Shown here: positions 7,728-16,717 of the stretch, in pieces
Layout: the number at the start of each line of letters is the position of its first letter
Numbering within the stretch: position 1 is the first letter of the stretch
Assembly (NCBI GenBank): GCA_045635705.1
Contig: JAZTWE010000001.1
Location: forward strand, 1-43,024
Source: Candidatus Enterousia sp.
GTDB taxonomy: Bacteria; Pseudomonadota; Alphaproteobacteria; Rs-D84
Direction: 5' to 3'
DNA: 43,024 bases
Notes under the pieces: generated by a model
The model's input: the letters and a program-made list of their open reading frames with translations, nothing else
What the model was told of the DNA's origin: nothing
Databases searched by the model: none
Position numbers and translations under genes: made by a program

Positions 7728-9359
7728 TTAATATGCCCCCGGCTGATCCAATTGTCCAACCCAACGCTCCAATTCATCAACACTGATAATCCCCTGCAAC
7801 ATTAACGAAGTTGCGGCTTCTTTTAATGTACGGCCATTCATTTCTTCCAGCCAATAACGCACCGCACCATCCGTATTACCTGACAATGCCAGGCGCAAGA
7901 ATTCGCTGTTTGTAATAATAATTTCCCCGGCCTTGATACGCCCAATGTTCCCCGTACCATTACAGTGCGGACATCCCGGCCCGCGCTGATACACCTGGCG
8001 CAGCCCCAGTTCACCAAACGCATCCATCACACGACGGTATGCACCGCGTTGCGGATGTTCTGACAATGGCTGACGACAATGCGGGCAAACCTTTTTGAAC
8101 AGTCGCATTGAAATCAATCCGCGCATCAATGTTTCTTCTTTTAATTTGAATGCCTCTATTCCTAAATCCAACAAACGGGTCAACGCCGCCATTGCAGAAT
8201 TCGCATGCAATGTTGTCCACACATTATGCCCCGACAGCGCACCACGAACTGTCAACTGTGCCGCGGCCAGTGTACGAATTTCCCCCACCATCAGTGTATC
8301 TGGGTCACTACGCAATGCGGCGGCCAATGCTTCGGTATATTTTTCTTCGCGTTGTTCTTCGTTGGTCGTATTCACCACCGGCATTTGACGCGCACCAAAA
8401 ATCTTTTGCTCAACCGGATTTTCCACCGTAATCATATTGATTTCATAGTTGCGTTCTTTCAACATCAACGCCATATTACGCACCAGTGTCGTTGATTTAC
8501 CCGAACTGGTTGGTCCTGCAACAATTACCAGCCCCGTTGGGAAAGAACGCATACGCGCCATCAATCGCTGTTCATATTCACCAAACTCTTGTTCTGTTTT
8601 AATACCTTCGGACGGATTATCATACAGCAATCGCATAACGACATAGCGACTGCCGAACGCAATCGGGTTAAACTGCATACGCACACTTAAAATTCCCGAC
8701 GGCAGGTACAAATCCTTGGTCCCGCGCAGCGGCGTGCGCCCATCTTTCTGTGCCGATTGATATTCATTTTGCGCATAGTTCGCATTCGACATATCTGCCG
8801 ATGCAAATGCCGCACGAACAAACGATTCGCCCCATTGCGAATTATATTCCAATACTGGCTGCATACTGCCATCGACACGGAAATAAACTGTTGTTTGGTC
8901 GGCAACTTCGATATGAACATCCGATACCTTTTGCGCCGCAGCCTTGGCAATAATATCAACAAAGTCCTTTTGCATTTGGTTATCAAAATCCAAACGCGAA
9001 CGCGCACCACCACCTAATCTAGCCTCGTGCGTTTTATAGATATTTGATATCAACCCCAAATCTGAATAAAACGGCACCCGCATAACACGGCCGCGTTTTT
9101 TTAGCAAATCAATAAACGCCAGCACGCGCCCATCATAACGATGCGTACGCGAAATAATAATCTCGCCACTGGAAAAATAGGCAATCAAACTCTGCGTATC
9201 GCGCGGCAATTCCAATGCCGCCCCCGTCGCCGTCAGCAACCGATTATTATTCGAAAACAGATAATCAAGAATCTCTTTGCTTTCCGCCGTTTCCAATCCA
9301 GCCGGCACGGATGGCTTCTCGTTATCCTTTATCAAAAAGTCTTTATCAGAACTTGGCAT
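7728..9359 (-). CDS. GspE/PilB-family pilus assembly ATPase (R64 PilQ-like)
   Basis: Walker A VAGPTSSGKSTT, Asp box ITVENPVE, Walker B DPDTLMVGEIR, His box GHNVWTTLHANSA, and a tetracysteine CPHC...CPHC. Confidence 0.9.
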   Translation of the reverse strand: MPSSDKDFLIKDNEKPSVPAGLETAESKEILDYLFSNNNRLLTATGAALELPRDTQSLIAYFSSGEIIISRTHRYDGRVLAFIDLLKKRGRVMRVPFYSDLGLISNIYKTHEARLGGGARSRLDFDNQMQKDFVDIIAKAAAQKVSDVHIEVADQTTVYFRVDGSMQPVLEYNSQWGESFVRAAFASADMSNANYAQNEYQSAQKDGRTPLRGTKDLYLPSGILSVRMQFNPIAFGSRYVVMRLLYDNPSEGIKTEQEFGEYEQRLMARMRSFPTGLVIVAGPTSSGKSTTLVRNMALMLKERNYEINMITVENPVEQKIFGARQMPVVNTTNEEQREEKYTEALAAALRSDPDTLMVGEIRTLAAAQLTVRGALSGHNVWTTLHANSAMAALTRLLDLGIEAFKLKEETLMRGLISMRLFKKVCPHCRQPLSEHPQRGAYRRVMDAFGELGLRQVYQRGPGCPHCNGTGNIGRIKAGEIIITNSEFLRLALSGNTDGAVRYWLEEMNGRTLKEAATSLMLQGIISVDELERWVGQLDQPGAY

Positions 9360-9376
9360 TTTATCAATATCATCCC

Positions 9377-10039
9377 TTATTTCGATGCACTAACATTCAG
9401 TGTTTGTGTTTCACCATTTTTATCTGCGAACACAACCCCATCATCCAACGATATAGACTTGATAACTAATCCATCTAATACCTTGCCGACACTGACGCGC
9501 TTGCTTTGTCCCGATGACAAATCTTGAACTGTTGCCTGTAATTGATTTCCCGCACCAATTACGTTAACCAACCGATATTTACTGGTAATATCAACCTCTG
9601 CATCACTGCTATCTGATTTAATGGTTTTTGTTGCCTTGGCGCTGGCGGCTTGCTCGGCCTGGGCCAACAACTTTTCTTTTTCCACTTCCAGTTTTGCAGC
9701 CTCGGCCTCTAACTTTGCTTTTTCTGTTTCTAATTCCTGCTGTTGCTGTTCCGCGCGCCCAGACAAAGTATCGATTTCCATATGCAGTTTAATTTTTTCT
9801 GCGGCCAATCTATCCAGTTCTAAATCCAACTGTGCGCGTTCTTTTTCCAACTGCATCAAGACCTTTTCTTGTTCCAGTGTTGTAATCTGTTCAAACAGCG
9901 AACCTTCGACTTGATAATCTGCAACCGCCGTTGCCGAAATTTCATCCATTTCAGCATCTGTAAAATCCTGGGCATGCGCCGGCATCGCAAACACCACCGC
10001 CAACATCAGACCAAACATAAACTTACTTTTATTTTGCAT
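9377..10039 (-). CDS. Periplasmic coiled-coil protein with a PilP-like C-terminal beta domain (R64 PilP-like by position)
   Basis: Signal peptide MQNKSKFMFGLMLAVVFAMPAHA. A long E/K/L/A-rich coiled coil. The C-terminus (YRLVNVIGAGNQLQATVQDLSSGQSKRVSVGKVLDGLVIKSISLDDGVVF) resembles the PilP/GspC HR-type domain. Synteny is O-P-Q-R. Confidence 0.45.
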   Translation of the reverse strand: MQNKSKFMFGLMLAVVFAMPAHAQDFTDAEMDEISATAVADYQVEGSLFEQITTLEQEKVLMQLEKERAQLDLELDRLAAEKIKLHMEIDTLSGRAEQQQQELETEKAKLEAEAAKLEVEKEKLLAQAEQAASAKATKTIKSDSSDAEVDITSKYRLVNVIGAGNQLQATVQDLSSGQSKRVSVGKVLDGLVIKSISLDDGVVFADKNGETQTLNVSASK

Positions 10040-11291
10040 AGATTATCACCTCATAGTTCCAGGTACGCGAAGCATAGTCCCACGCACACAATGTCATATA
10101 AACCCCACCAAAATCTTGAAAGATTTCCATAAATTGCATTGGCACCAGTTTTGAATCTGCGCCAATTTCAACAACATTAACCGTCGCCACATCAACACCA
10201 TTGGTCAATGTATCAACAACGATTTCCGTCTGAATATTTGTATCCAACCCCTGAAAGATTGATGTCACATCACGCACAATCGTTTCTGCATCGCGTTCAT
10301 CCTGGGATGCGACCGGTTCCAACGCCGGCAAGGTTGCCCGCACACGCAATGTATCATCAGATATTTCTTGCACCAATGCCCCTGGCATCAATTCACCCGC
10401 AATTACATAAAATTCACCCAGGGTTCCAAAACTGCGCTTGAATTCGACGGTCGCAAAACCTTCACCACATTCGGCATACACCTGGTTCCAGCCCGAAACT
10501 GGCTGCATCAAGAACCCAATTGCTTGATAACACAACTGCGCCCGCGCCATTGGATCCGGCAATAATTCATACGGCATAACAATTGGTTCCGGTGGCAATT
10601 GCTTTTCAATCTCAAACTGCGCATCCAGTTCCTTGTTTTTCTCTTCTATCTGCTTTTTGTATTCCGCAACTAGTTCGGGGTCAACCTCTGCCATTTTTGG
10701 GCGTGGGGCCAGCATTTCTGTAATCGGGTCACGAAACAGCCCCAGCACCGCGACAAAAAATACCGCCAACAATATCGCCGACAATAGCCCTGACCGAAAT
10801 CGACTAATCGAATGCAATGTGGCATGCGAACGCCCCAACAACAAATCCCCCAGATTCCGTTCGGCTGCACGCGGCATTCCCCACGCACCCGGCGCGAACA
10901 ACGCGCCCCAGTCGGGAATCTCGGATAATTTTACATATTCTGCGCGCGCTGCACCTTCGTCTTCAAACAAGACATCTTGCAACAAAATCCCATTACGGGC
11001 CGCAACTAAATAAAACCCTTTATCAACCGGAAACACCGCCAAGAACGATGTGTATTCAGAAAATGCCTCCATCACTTCGGCGGCCGCGCTTAACATTCCT
11101 GGGCGCACGCCACCACGACGCGCCGCCAACCCAACCATAAAATTATATTCAGTGTACAGGTTTAATTTTTTATCAACACTGCGTGCCAAACTGCGCGCAT
11201 AATTGCGCGCGACAAAGCCCGCCGCGATGGGTTGCCAAAACAAACCGACCGCATACTTTTTGCGATTAACAGATATATATTGGTTTGCCAA
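10029..11291 (-). CDS. Bitopic pilus assembly protein (R64 PilO-like by size and position)
   Basis: About 420 aa with a single central TM (LLSAILLAVFFVAVLGLF). It is the first gene of the operon. The probable TTG start at 11291 is preceded by GAGAGAGA; the track ORF starts at 11348 inside the promoter. Confidence 0.4.
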   Translation of the reverse strand: MANQYISVNRKKYAVGLFWQPIAAGFVARNYARSLARSVDKKLNLYTEYNFMVGLAARRGGVRPGMLSAAAEVMEAFSEYTSFLAVFPVDKGFYLVAARNGILLQDVLFEDEGAARAEYVKLSEIPDWGALFAPGAWGMPRAAERNLGDLLLGRSHATLHSISRFRSGLLSAILLAVFFVAVLGLFRDPITEMLAPRPKMAEVDPELVAEYKKQIEEKNKELDAQFEIEKQLPPEPIVMPYELLPDPMARAQLCYQAIGFLMQPVSGWNQVYAECGEGFATVEFKRSFGTLGEFYVIAGELMPGALVQEISDDTLRVRATLPALEPVASQDERDAETIVRDVTSIFQGLDTNIQTEIVVDTLTNGVDVATVNVVEIGADSKLVPMQFMEIFQDFGGVYMTLCAWDYASRTWNYEVIIYAK

Positions 11292-11318
11292 AATTCTCTC
11301 TCTGCATTTGTTTATGCA

Positions 11319-11348
11319 ATTATAACATAAAAATATGACTTTTGGCAA
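11319..11348 (-). promoter_or_regulatory. Promoter of the pilO/P/Q/R-like operon
   Basis: On the minus strand: TTGCCA, an 18-nt spacer, then TGT-TATAAT (extended -10), about 25 nt upstream of the RBS. Confidence 0.5.
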
Positions 11349-11454
11349 ACACAGAATTCACGCAAATAATCATTAAAAAATTACACCTGTTGACATTTTC
11401 GCGTATATTATAGATAATATAGCATCTGAAAAAATTGCGAAAGGAAAAGGTATC

Positions 11455-11955
11455 ATGAAAAAATATATTACTGCACTGTTTGCACTGCTGTTTACAGCCC
11501 CTGCAATTGCAAATCCTGCATGCCCAGTATGCACGATTGCGGTTGGTGTCGGATTGGATATCGCACGTCGCCTGGGTGTTCCTGACAGCGTTGTTGGCCT
11601 GTGGGCTGGCGCATTATTGGCACTGCTGGGGTATTGGATGTTAAAGTTCATGGACAAAAAGAATTGGCACTTTTGGGGCCGCGACACAATTGTGGTTGTA
11701 TCATCTGTGGCAATGATTGGATTTGTATATTTGGGCGTGGCCCAATATAACCCAGTATCAATCTGTGGCGCATTTGTAATGGACCCAATTTTATTTGGCA
11801 CGATTGTTGGCGCATTGATTTTCATCGCAACATCAAAGTTATATCAATGGATGAAACAGAAAAACGGCGGCCACGCACACTTTCCATTTGAAAAGGTTGT
11901 ATTACCAGTTTTTGCCTTGGCATTGGCCAGCTGGTTTATGATTTCATGTTTTTAA
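11455..11955 (+). CDS. Polytopic membrane protein with a CPVC motif after the signal peptide; unknown function
   Basis: MKKYITALFALLFTAPAIA|NPACPVCTIAVGV, then about 4 TM helices. RBS GGAAAAGG. Confidence 0.6.
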   Translation: MKKYITALFALLFTAPAIANPACPVCTIAVGVGLDIARRLGVPDSVVGLWAGALLALLGYWMLKFMDKKNWHFWGRDTIVVVSSVAMIGFVYLGVAQYNPVSICGAFVMDPILFGTIVGALIFIATSKLYQWMKQKNGGHAHFPFEKVVLPVFALALASWFMISCF

Positions 11956-11976
11956 TTCACACGGGGGTAATTTACA

Positions 11977-12531
11977 ATGAAAAAAATCAAAAATGTTCAA
12001 GAATATGTTGAAAAACTGGATGCCGCTAAAAAGGTCAATCCCAAAGATTTATCATCAGACCAAGATTTAACCATCGGCATCATGAACCTGATTTCAATCG
12101 AAGAACATTTAATGTTTTCGGGTGCAAAAACTGGCAAGCATCATTTTTACGACCTGATTAACGAGGTTCGCGAACTGCGCAAACAATTGATGTTAAAGGT
12201 TATCCCTGCATACGAAGGCGAAGTATGGTGCATTTCCAAACACTTGCTGGCCGCCGCAATGCGTTTATTCGAAGTTGGCACCAAGGCCCTGGCTGCTGGT
12301 GACAAAAAAGGCGCATATGAATTATTTGACCAATCCTATGGTCTGTACTGCATGTTCTGGGGATTGAACATGGGCGTAATCACAACCGACAGCGACGATG
12401 TCACAGAAATAAAAAAATCCAAACCAGTCGCCAAGAAAGAAGAAAAAGCATCTATTCCTGCGCCAACTGGTGGCAAAATGTCAAAATTAAAAAGTTGGGT
12501 AAAAAACGCAGTAAATTGCTGCATTGAATAA
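11977..12531 (+). CDS. Soluble helical protein of unknown function, C-terminus ...NCCIE
   Basis: 184 aa, no signal peptide, RBS GGGGG, 21 nt after the upstream membrane-protein gene. The motif DLTIGIMNLISIEEHLMF...GEVWCISKHLLAAAMRL could not be assigned to a family. Confidence 0.55.
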   Translation: MKKIKNVQEYVEKLDAAKKVNPKDLSSDQDLTIGIMNLISIEEHLMFSGAKTGKHHFYDLINEVRELRKQLMLKVIPAYEGEVWCISKHLLAAAMRLFEVGTKALAAGDKKGAYELFDQSYGLYCMFWGLNMGVITTDSDDVTEIKKSKPVAKKEEKASIPAPTGGKMSKLKSWVKNAVNCCIE

Positions 12532-12540
12532 ACAAACAAA

Positions 12541-12563
12541 ATCCCGCACCTGCGGGATTTTTG
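12541..12563. terminator. Bidirectional terminator
   Basis: ATCCCGCA-CC-TGCGGGAT, flanked by an A-run and a T-run, between convergent genes. Confidence 0.75.
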
Positions 12564-12974
12564 TTATTCACACCACGGCAATCGACGACCACCGTTATAT
12601 TTACGACCGACACCTTCGGAAATCAACAGTCGTCCAACATCACGCCCAATATTATCCGCAACACGCGCATCAATACGCCCCAAATATTTATCATCCTTGA
12701 CATCAGACAATTCAACCACACTGCCCACTGGAATAATTTCACCCAATCGTTGTTTGGCATAAGTTGCTTTCTTGACCTCGTCCGTGCAAGAACCATTCAT
12801 TTCCGGCGTATCGACATTACGGATACGAACACGCACCGAAATTTCCGTATCATCTTGCAAATTAACCTGGGCGGCAAAAGTATCGCCATCAACAATATAC
12901 CCAACCCGCGCCGGCACCGCATTGGCCGCCACGCTTGCAAATACTAACACACAAAAAATAAAAAATTTATTCAT
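12564..12974 (-). CDS. Secreted thermonuclease (staphylococcal nuclease, SNase-like)
   Basis: Signal peptide MNKFFIFCVLVFASVAANA. SNase-like core VDGDTF...VRVRIRNVDTPE...GRIDARV...LISEGVGRKY. Confidence 0.7.
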   Translation of the reverse strand: MNKFFIFCVLVFASVAANAVPARVGYIVDGDTFAAQVNLQDDTEISVRVRIRNVDTPEMNGSCTDEVKKATYAKQRLGEIIPVGSVVELSDVKDDKYLGRIDARVADNIGRDVGRLLISEGVGRKYNGGRRLPWCE

Positions 12975-13022
12975 CACACCACCCACAAACAAAGTTTGTA
13001 AAAATCGCCCATTGGGCGATTT

Positions 13023-14342
13023 TTACGGTAATTTTGGCGACCAAGTTGGCTCAACCCCGTTAACATCATCGGGCAATTCAATGTCATAAACATTTTGTCC
13101 TGTGATATCAACACTGCGAATATGGCTGATGCGCTCAATACCATCAATCGCACGTTCTGTTTCATAATAGACCAATCGGCGCGACCCCGGGGCCCAGGAC
13201 GGCGCCTCCATAAACCAGCCGCCGGCCAATATTTTTTCATTACGCCCCTTTGGATTCATAATCCCGATATAGAAAGTATCATCCGCCATCTTGGTAAACG
13301 CGATATAATTCCCATCTGGCGACCATGCAGGTGTCGCATAACGCCCTGCCCCGTATGTTATGCGTTCTTGAACCCCGGTTTCTAAATCCAAGACATGAAT
13401 TTGTTGTCGTCCCGAACGATCCGAATTAAACGCAATTTTTTTACCATCTGGGGAATATGACGGACTGGTATTTATCGACTTTCCAAATGTCAATTGGCGC
13501 AATTCTTTGGTTTCCATATTATATTCATAAATATGCGTTATCCCTTGTTTTACCAACGACAGTGCGACACGCGTGCCATCTGGGGAAAAGCGCGGGGCAA
13601 AGTTCATTCCCCCAAACATCCCCAGGCGACGTTGTTCACCCGTATCTAAATCCAGTGTCCAAACCATTGGGTCATCATTATAGTAAGACAAGAACACAAT
13701 CGATTGCATATTCGGTGAAAAGTGCGGTGACATAACAAAAGTATCCTTGTCAGACAGATACCGGAACCCTTCACCATCCTGGTCCATAATCGCCAAACGC
13801 TTTGTCCGATTATGCACCGGTCCAGTTTCGGCAATAAATACAATTTGTGTATCAAAATACCCAACTTCGCCCGTCAGACGTTCATAAATCGCATCAGCCA
13901 TAATATGCCCCAGACGACGTACCGCCTTGCGCGAAGCGACCAGGCTTTGCGCCTCTATCTGTTCCCGACCATTAACATCCCACATATAGAATTCCAGTTT
14001 ATACCGCCCATCAGATTCCTTGTACAACTTTGCCTGAACCAAGACCTGGGCCTTTATCGCCGACCAAGACTTAAAGTTCGGCAACATATTCATTTCCACA
14101 TATTCTGGGAACGCATCATGATTTACAATACGAAACAGCCCCGTCCGCTTTAAGTCTGATTCAACAACCGCACGAATTGTTTCCGCATCTTTTGAACTGG
14201 CCCCATCGGCGCGTTCAAACTTTTGAATTGCAATCGAAATTGGATTTGCCGCCCCGGCAATAATATCAACCTTTAATTCGGCGCGCACAGGCATCACCGC
14301 CAACACGCACAAAACCAAGCCCAAAAATATCTTTTTCAGCAT
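13023..14342 (-). CDS. tolB: Tol-Pal system beta-propeller protein TolB
   Basis: Signal peptide, an N-terminal TolB domain, and repeated propeller blades (PRFSPDG, PSYSPDG, PAWSPDG, PSWAPGS). Confidence 0.9.
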   Translation of the reverse strand: MLKKIFLGLVLCVLAVMPVRAELKVDIIAGAANPISIAIQKFERADGASSKDAETIRAVVESDLKRTGLFRIVNHDAFPEYVEMNMLPNFKSWSAIKAQVLVQAKLYKESDGRYKLEFYMWDVNGREQIEAQSLVASRKAVRRLGHIMADAIYERLTGEVGYFDTQIVFIAETGPVHNRTKRLAIMDQDGEGFRYLSDKDTFVMSPHFSPNMQSIVFLSYYNDDPMVWTLDLDTGEQRRLGMFGGMNFAPRFSPDGTRVALSLVKQGITHIYEYNMETKELRQLTFGKSINTSPSYSPDGKKIAFNSDRSGRQQIHVLDLETGVQERITYGAGRYATPAWSPDGNYIAFTKMADDTFYIGIMNPKGRNEKILAGGWFMEAPSWAPGSRRLVYYETERAIDGIERISHIRSVDITGQNVYDIELPDDVNGVEPTWSPKLP

Positions 14343-14463
14343 AAAACTTCCTTTCCAAATACAGACAACATTTTATACCCCACCACCCCAAAAAGCAAGC
14401 AACAACACATCCGCCCACACACCTTGCAACACAATTGTAATTACAACAATATTTACATTTGTA

Positions 14464-14491
14464 TTGACAAGTGTAAATACAATGATATAGT
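14464..14491 (+). promoter_or_regulatory. Promoter TTGACA-16 nt-TATAGT for the RHH/DinD-like pair, embedded in TGTAA(A/T) repeats
   Basis: TTGACA at 14464-14469 and TATAGT at 14486-14491. Nearby are the palindrome TTGTAATTACAA (14435-14446) and the inverted TATTTACA/TGTAAATA pair flanking the -35. Confidence 0.5.
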
Positions 14492-14536
14492 CACTTGTAG
14501 GTACGGCTGTAATGTCAATAGTATAGAGGTTTGTAA

Positions 14537-14761
14537 ATGCCAAACGTTATGCAACAATTGTTCGTTATGAATATGGAAACGCTGCTGCGTGAATACGCGG
14601 CCTACAAGGCGTTTAATAAATCAGATTGCGTTATCAACATGCGTATTCCGCGCCCTATTTTGGACAAGATTAAACAACTGGCCGACGAACAGCATGTACC
14701 ATATCAGTCACTGATATCGTCTGTCTTGTTTTCACTGGCAAATATCGAAGATAAAAAATAA
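14537..14761 (+). CDS. Ribbon-helix-helix protein (CopG/BrnA-antitoxin-like)
   Basis: The C-terminal half (INMRIPRPILDKIKQLADEQHVPYQSLISSVLFSLA) matches the BrnA/CopG-type pattern (R-I-P..L..IK..A...G.PYQ.LI). No BrnT-like ORF lies upstream. Confidence 0.5.
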   Translation: MPNVMQQLFVMNMETLLREYAAYKAFNKSDCVINMRIPRPILDKIKQLADEQHVPYQSLISSVLFSLANIEDKK

Positions 14762-14782
14762 CCCCAAAGGAAACCAAACACC

Positions 14783-15706
14783 ATGACACAACACGAATTA
14801 CAATTCCATTCCCTGAACCTGGCCCGACACTACATCGACGAAGAATTCGTCCCCGATTTGTTTACACCAAATTCCAGCAATCCACATTTTGGCAATGAAT
14901 ACTGGACACTGTCTGCCTTAAAATCCGCCCAGGTTTATTTCAAAACCGGTCTGCACGGGCAACTGGCATTGCCAAATTCAGAAATCTTTGATACCCCAAC
15001 CGTACGCGACGCCGCAAAAACATTATCAAAAAAATCCAACGACGCGCGCACCCCATTCCATTTATTTATGCACCACACCATACCAACCGAAACAAGATAC
15101 CCAATGCGAAATAATAAGTATTCGATAACCCACGATATGCAACTTAGTCGCTTTGCCTGTTGGGTACTGGCCGGCCAAACCAGCAACGACCCATTTGCCG
15201 CCACATACTTTTTAATGCCCGGCGTTCCACTATCAGAATTGGAAACTCAAACAGATAAAATCAATCGTATAAACCTGCGCGCACAAATTGCCCAGCACGA
15301 AAAAATCCTGAACGGAATTATCAAGGGTCTGGATGGCAACCATCGCATCATACATCACAAAAAACAACGCGCATTCTTTTATTTCGACACCGACCAAATC
15401 AGACACCACTATGGTATACCATCGGATACGCCATTGACTGACTATATGCCAACAAACGCCCTGCGTGAATATTTGGGTGGACTGGAACGCACAATAATCC
15501 AGTTTAATCACACAACACATCGAACCATCACCGAACTTAATAACATTTTAAGCAATGAAATGATGACGGCACGCAAACACCTGATGAATAAAAATCAGTA
15601 CCCAGAACACAACTTAACCAAAATAAAAGTCAACGACATTCAATCCGAATACAATAAATTAACCAAAGAATTTATCAAACAATACGGACTGACCTTTATC
15701 AAATAA
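14783..15706 (+). CDS. DinD-like protein (related to DNA-damage-inducible protein D)
   Basis: LSRFACWVLAGQTSNDPFAATYF parallels E. coli DinD LSRYACYLVVQNGDP..AGQTYF. The downstream helical region (RAQIAQHEKILNGI...DYMPTNALREYLGGLERT) follows the same layout. Confidence 0.45.
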   Translation: MTQHELQFHSLNLARHYIDEEFVPDLFTPNSSNPHFGNEYWTLSALKSAQVYFKTGLHGQLALPNSEIFDTPTVRDAAKTLSKKSNDARTPFHLFMHHTIPTETRYPMRNNKYSITHDMQLSRFACWVLAGQTSNDPFAATYFLMPGVPLSELETQTDKINRINLRAQIAQHEKILNGIIKGLDGNHRIIHHKKQRAFFYFDTDQIRHHYGIPSDTPLTDYMPTNALREYLGGLERTIIQFNHTTHRTITELNNILSNEMMTARKHLMNKNQYPEHNLTKIKVNDIQSEYNKLTKEFIKQYGLTFIK

Positions 15707-15712
15707 CAAAAC

Positions 15713-15740
15713 AAAAAAAGCGGGCAACGCCCGCTTTTTA
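15713..15740. terminator. Bidirectional terminator
   Basis: AGCGGGC-AAC-GCCCGCT, flanked by A7 and T5. Confidence 0.75.
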
Positions 15741-15757
15741 ATTTCAATTTGGATTGA

Positions 15758-16114
15758 TTACCACATTGTGCCGACACAACCCAGCGAACCACCATCGCCC
15801 GCCATCGACATAAACGCCGACAGAATTGCACCGATACTGAACAAGACGATAAAGCCAACCAACATACCGATACCTTTGTCCTTTACATCTTTGATTTCAA
15901 CACCTTTACCTTTGGAAATCCAGTCCCATGCCCAGCCGGCAATAATAAACCCGGCACCAATAAACGCCAGCAAACGCAAAGTGCTGAACACACCGGCAAA
16001 CTGTTCCATCAGTTTACAGATTGCATCATTGGTCCCACCCGGTGCCGCCACCGCAGGCACAGCCATCATCGCACCAATAATCGCAAAATTGATTTTTTTC
16101 ATCAGTCTTTTCAT
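15758..16114 (-). CDS. VirB2/TrbC-like type IV secretion pilin candidate
   Basis: Signal peptide MKRLMKKINFAIIGAMMAVPAVAA. The sequence then reads PGGTNDAICKLMEQF, a hydrophobic helix, a short K-rich loop and a second hydrophobic helix. This is the same layout as A. tumefaciens VirB2 (GGGTDPATMVNNICTFILGPF...). Confidence 0.5.
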   Translation of the reverse strand: MKRLMKKINFAIIGAMMAVPAVAAPGGTNDAICKLMEQFAGVFSTLRLLAFIGAGFIIAGWAWDWISKGKGVEIKDVKDKGIGMLVGFIVLFSIGAILSAFMSMAGDGGSLGCVGTMW

Positions 16115-16172
16115 ACAAAACCCCTTTTTTCTTTTCCCACATATTTTATCACAATCCCACCCCACATTCAAA

Positions 16173-16195
16173 CAAAAAAGGTGCCAACCGGCACC
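16173..16195 (-). terminator. Terminator of the lipoprotein gene
   Basis: On the minus strand: GGTGCC-GGTT-GGCACC followed by T6. Confidence 0.7.
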
Positions 16196-16222
16196 AATTT
16201 TGAACAAGAAAGAAACTGTTAA

Positions 16223-16570
16223 TTATTTCGCAGGCACAATAACATACTTGCGCTTTGTCGCACCACATTTGTCACAGCCACAGCTTTTAACTTCCTGGGC
16301 GGCTGGTGCAACAACCTGACGTTCCATTTTTGGCAAACCGAACGCATCACGTGCATACATATCACGGCAACTTGTGTTGCGATAAACAACCTTTTTATCA
16401 GAATCCATTGTACGGATTTCATCATTAAAGTGACGACCACGTTCAACCGCACGATAGATGCAATCATCGCCATCCTGGGTATAACGTACGCCACCCTTGT
16501 AATAATCATAGTAAGACGAGCAGCCCGCCAACAGAGCCAAACCAGCGATAGAAATCAGCAATTTTTTCAT
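16223..16570 (-). CDS. Small lipoprotein of unknown function
   Basis: Lipobox in MKKLLISIAGLALLAG|C. 115 aa with 5 further Cys. Confidence 0.65.
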   Translation of the reverse strand: MKKLLISIAGLALLAGCSSYYDYYKGGVRYTQDGDDCIYRAVERGRHFNDEIRTMDSDKKVVYRNTSCRDMYARDAFGLPKMERQVVAPAAQEVKSCGCDKCGATKRKYVIVPAK

Positions 16571-16717
16571 ATCTTTTGTCCTTTATTTCGGTTTTCTCTG
16601 CCACGCCCCCGATTCGTGATTATTGTTGCACATTTTGACCAACAGTCAAGCGCACCGCCAAAAAAAATCCCCACCACTGCACTAAATATGCTATAATTTT
16701 GCCAAAGGGGTTTTATT

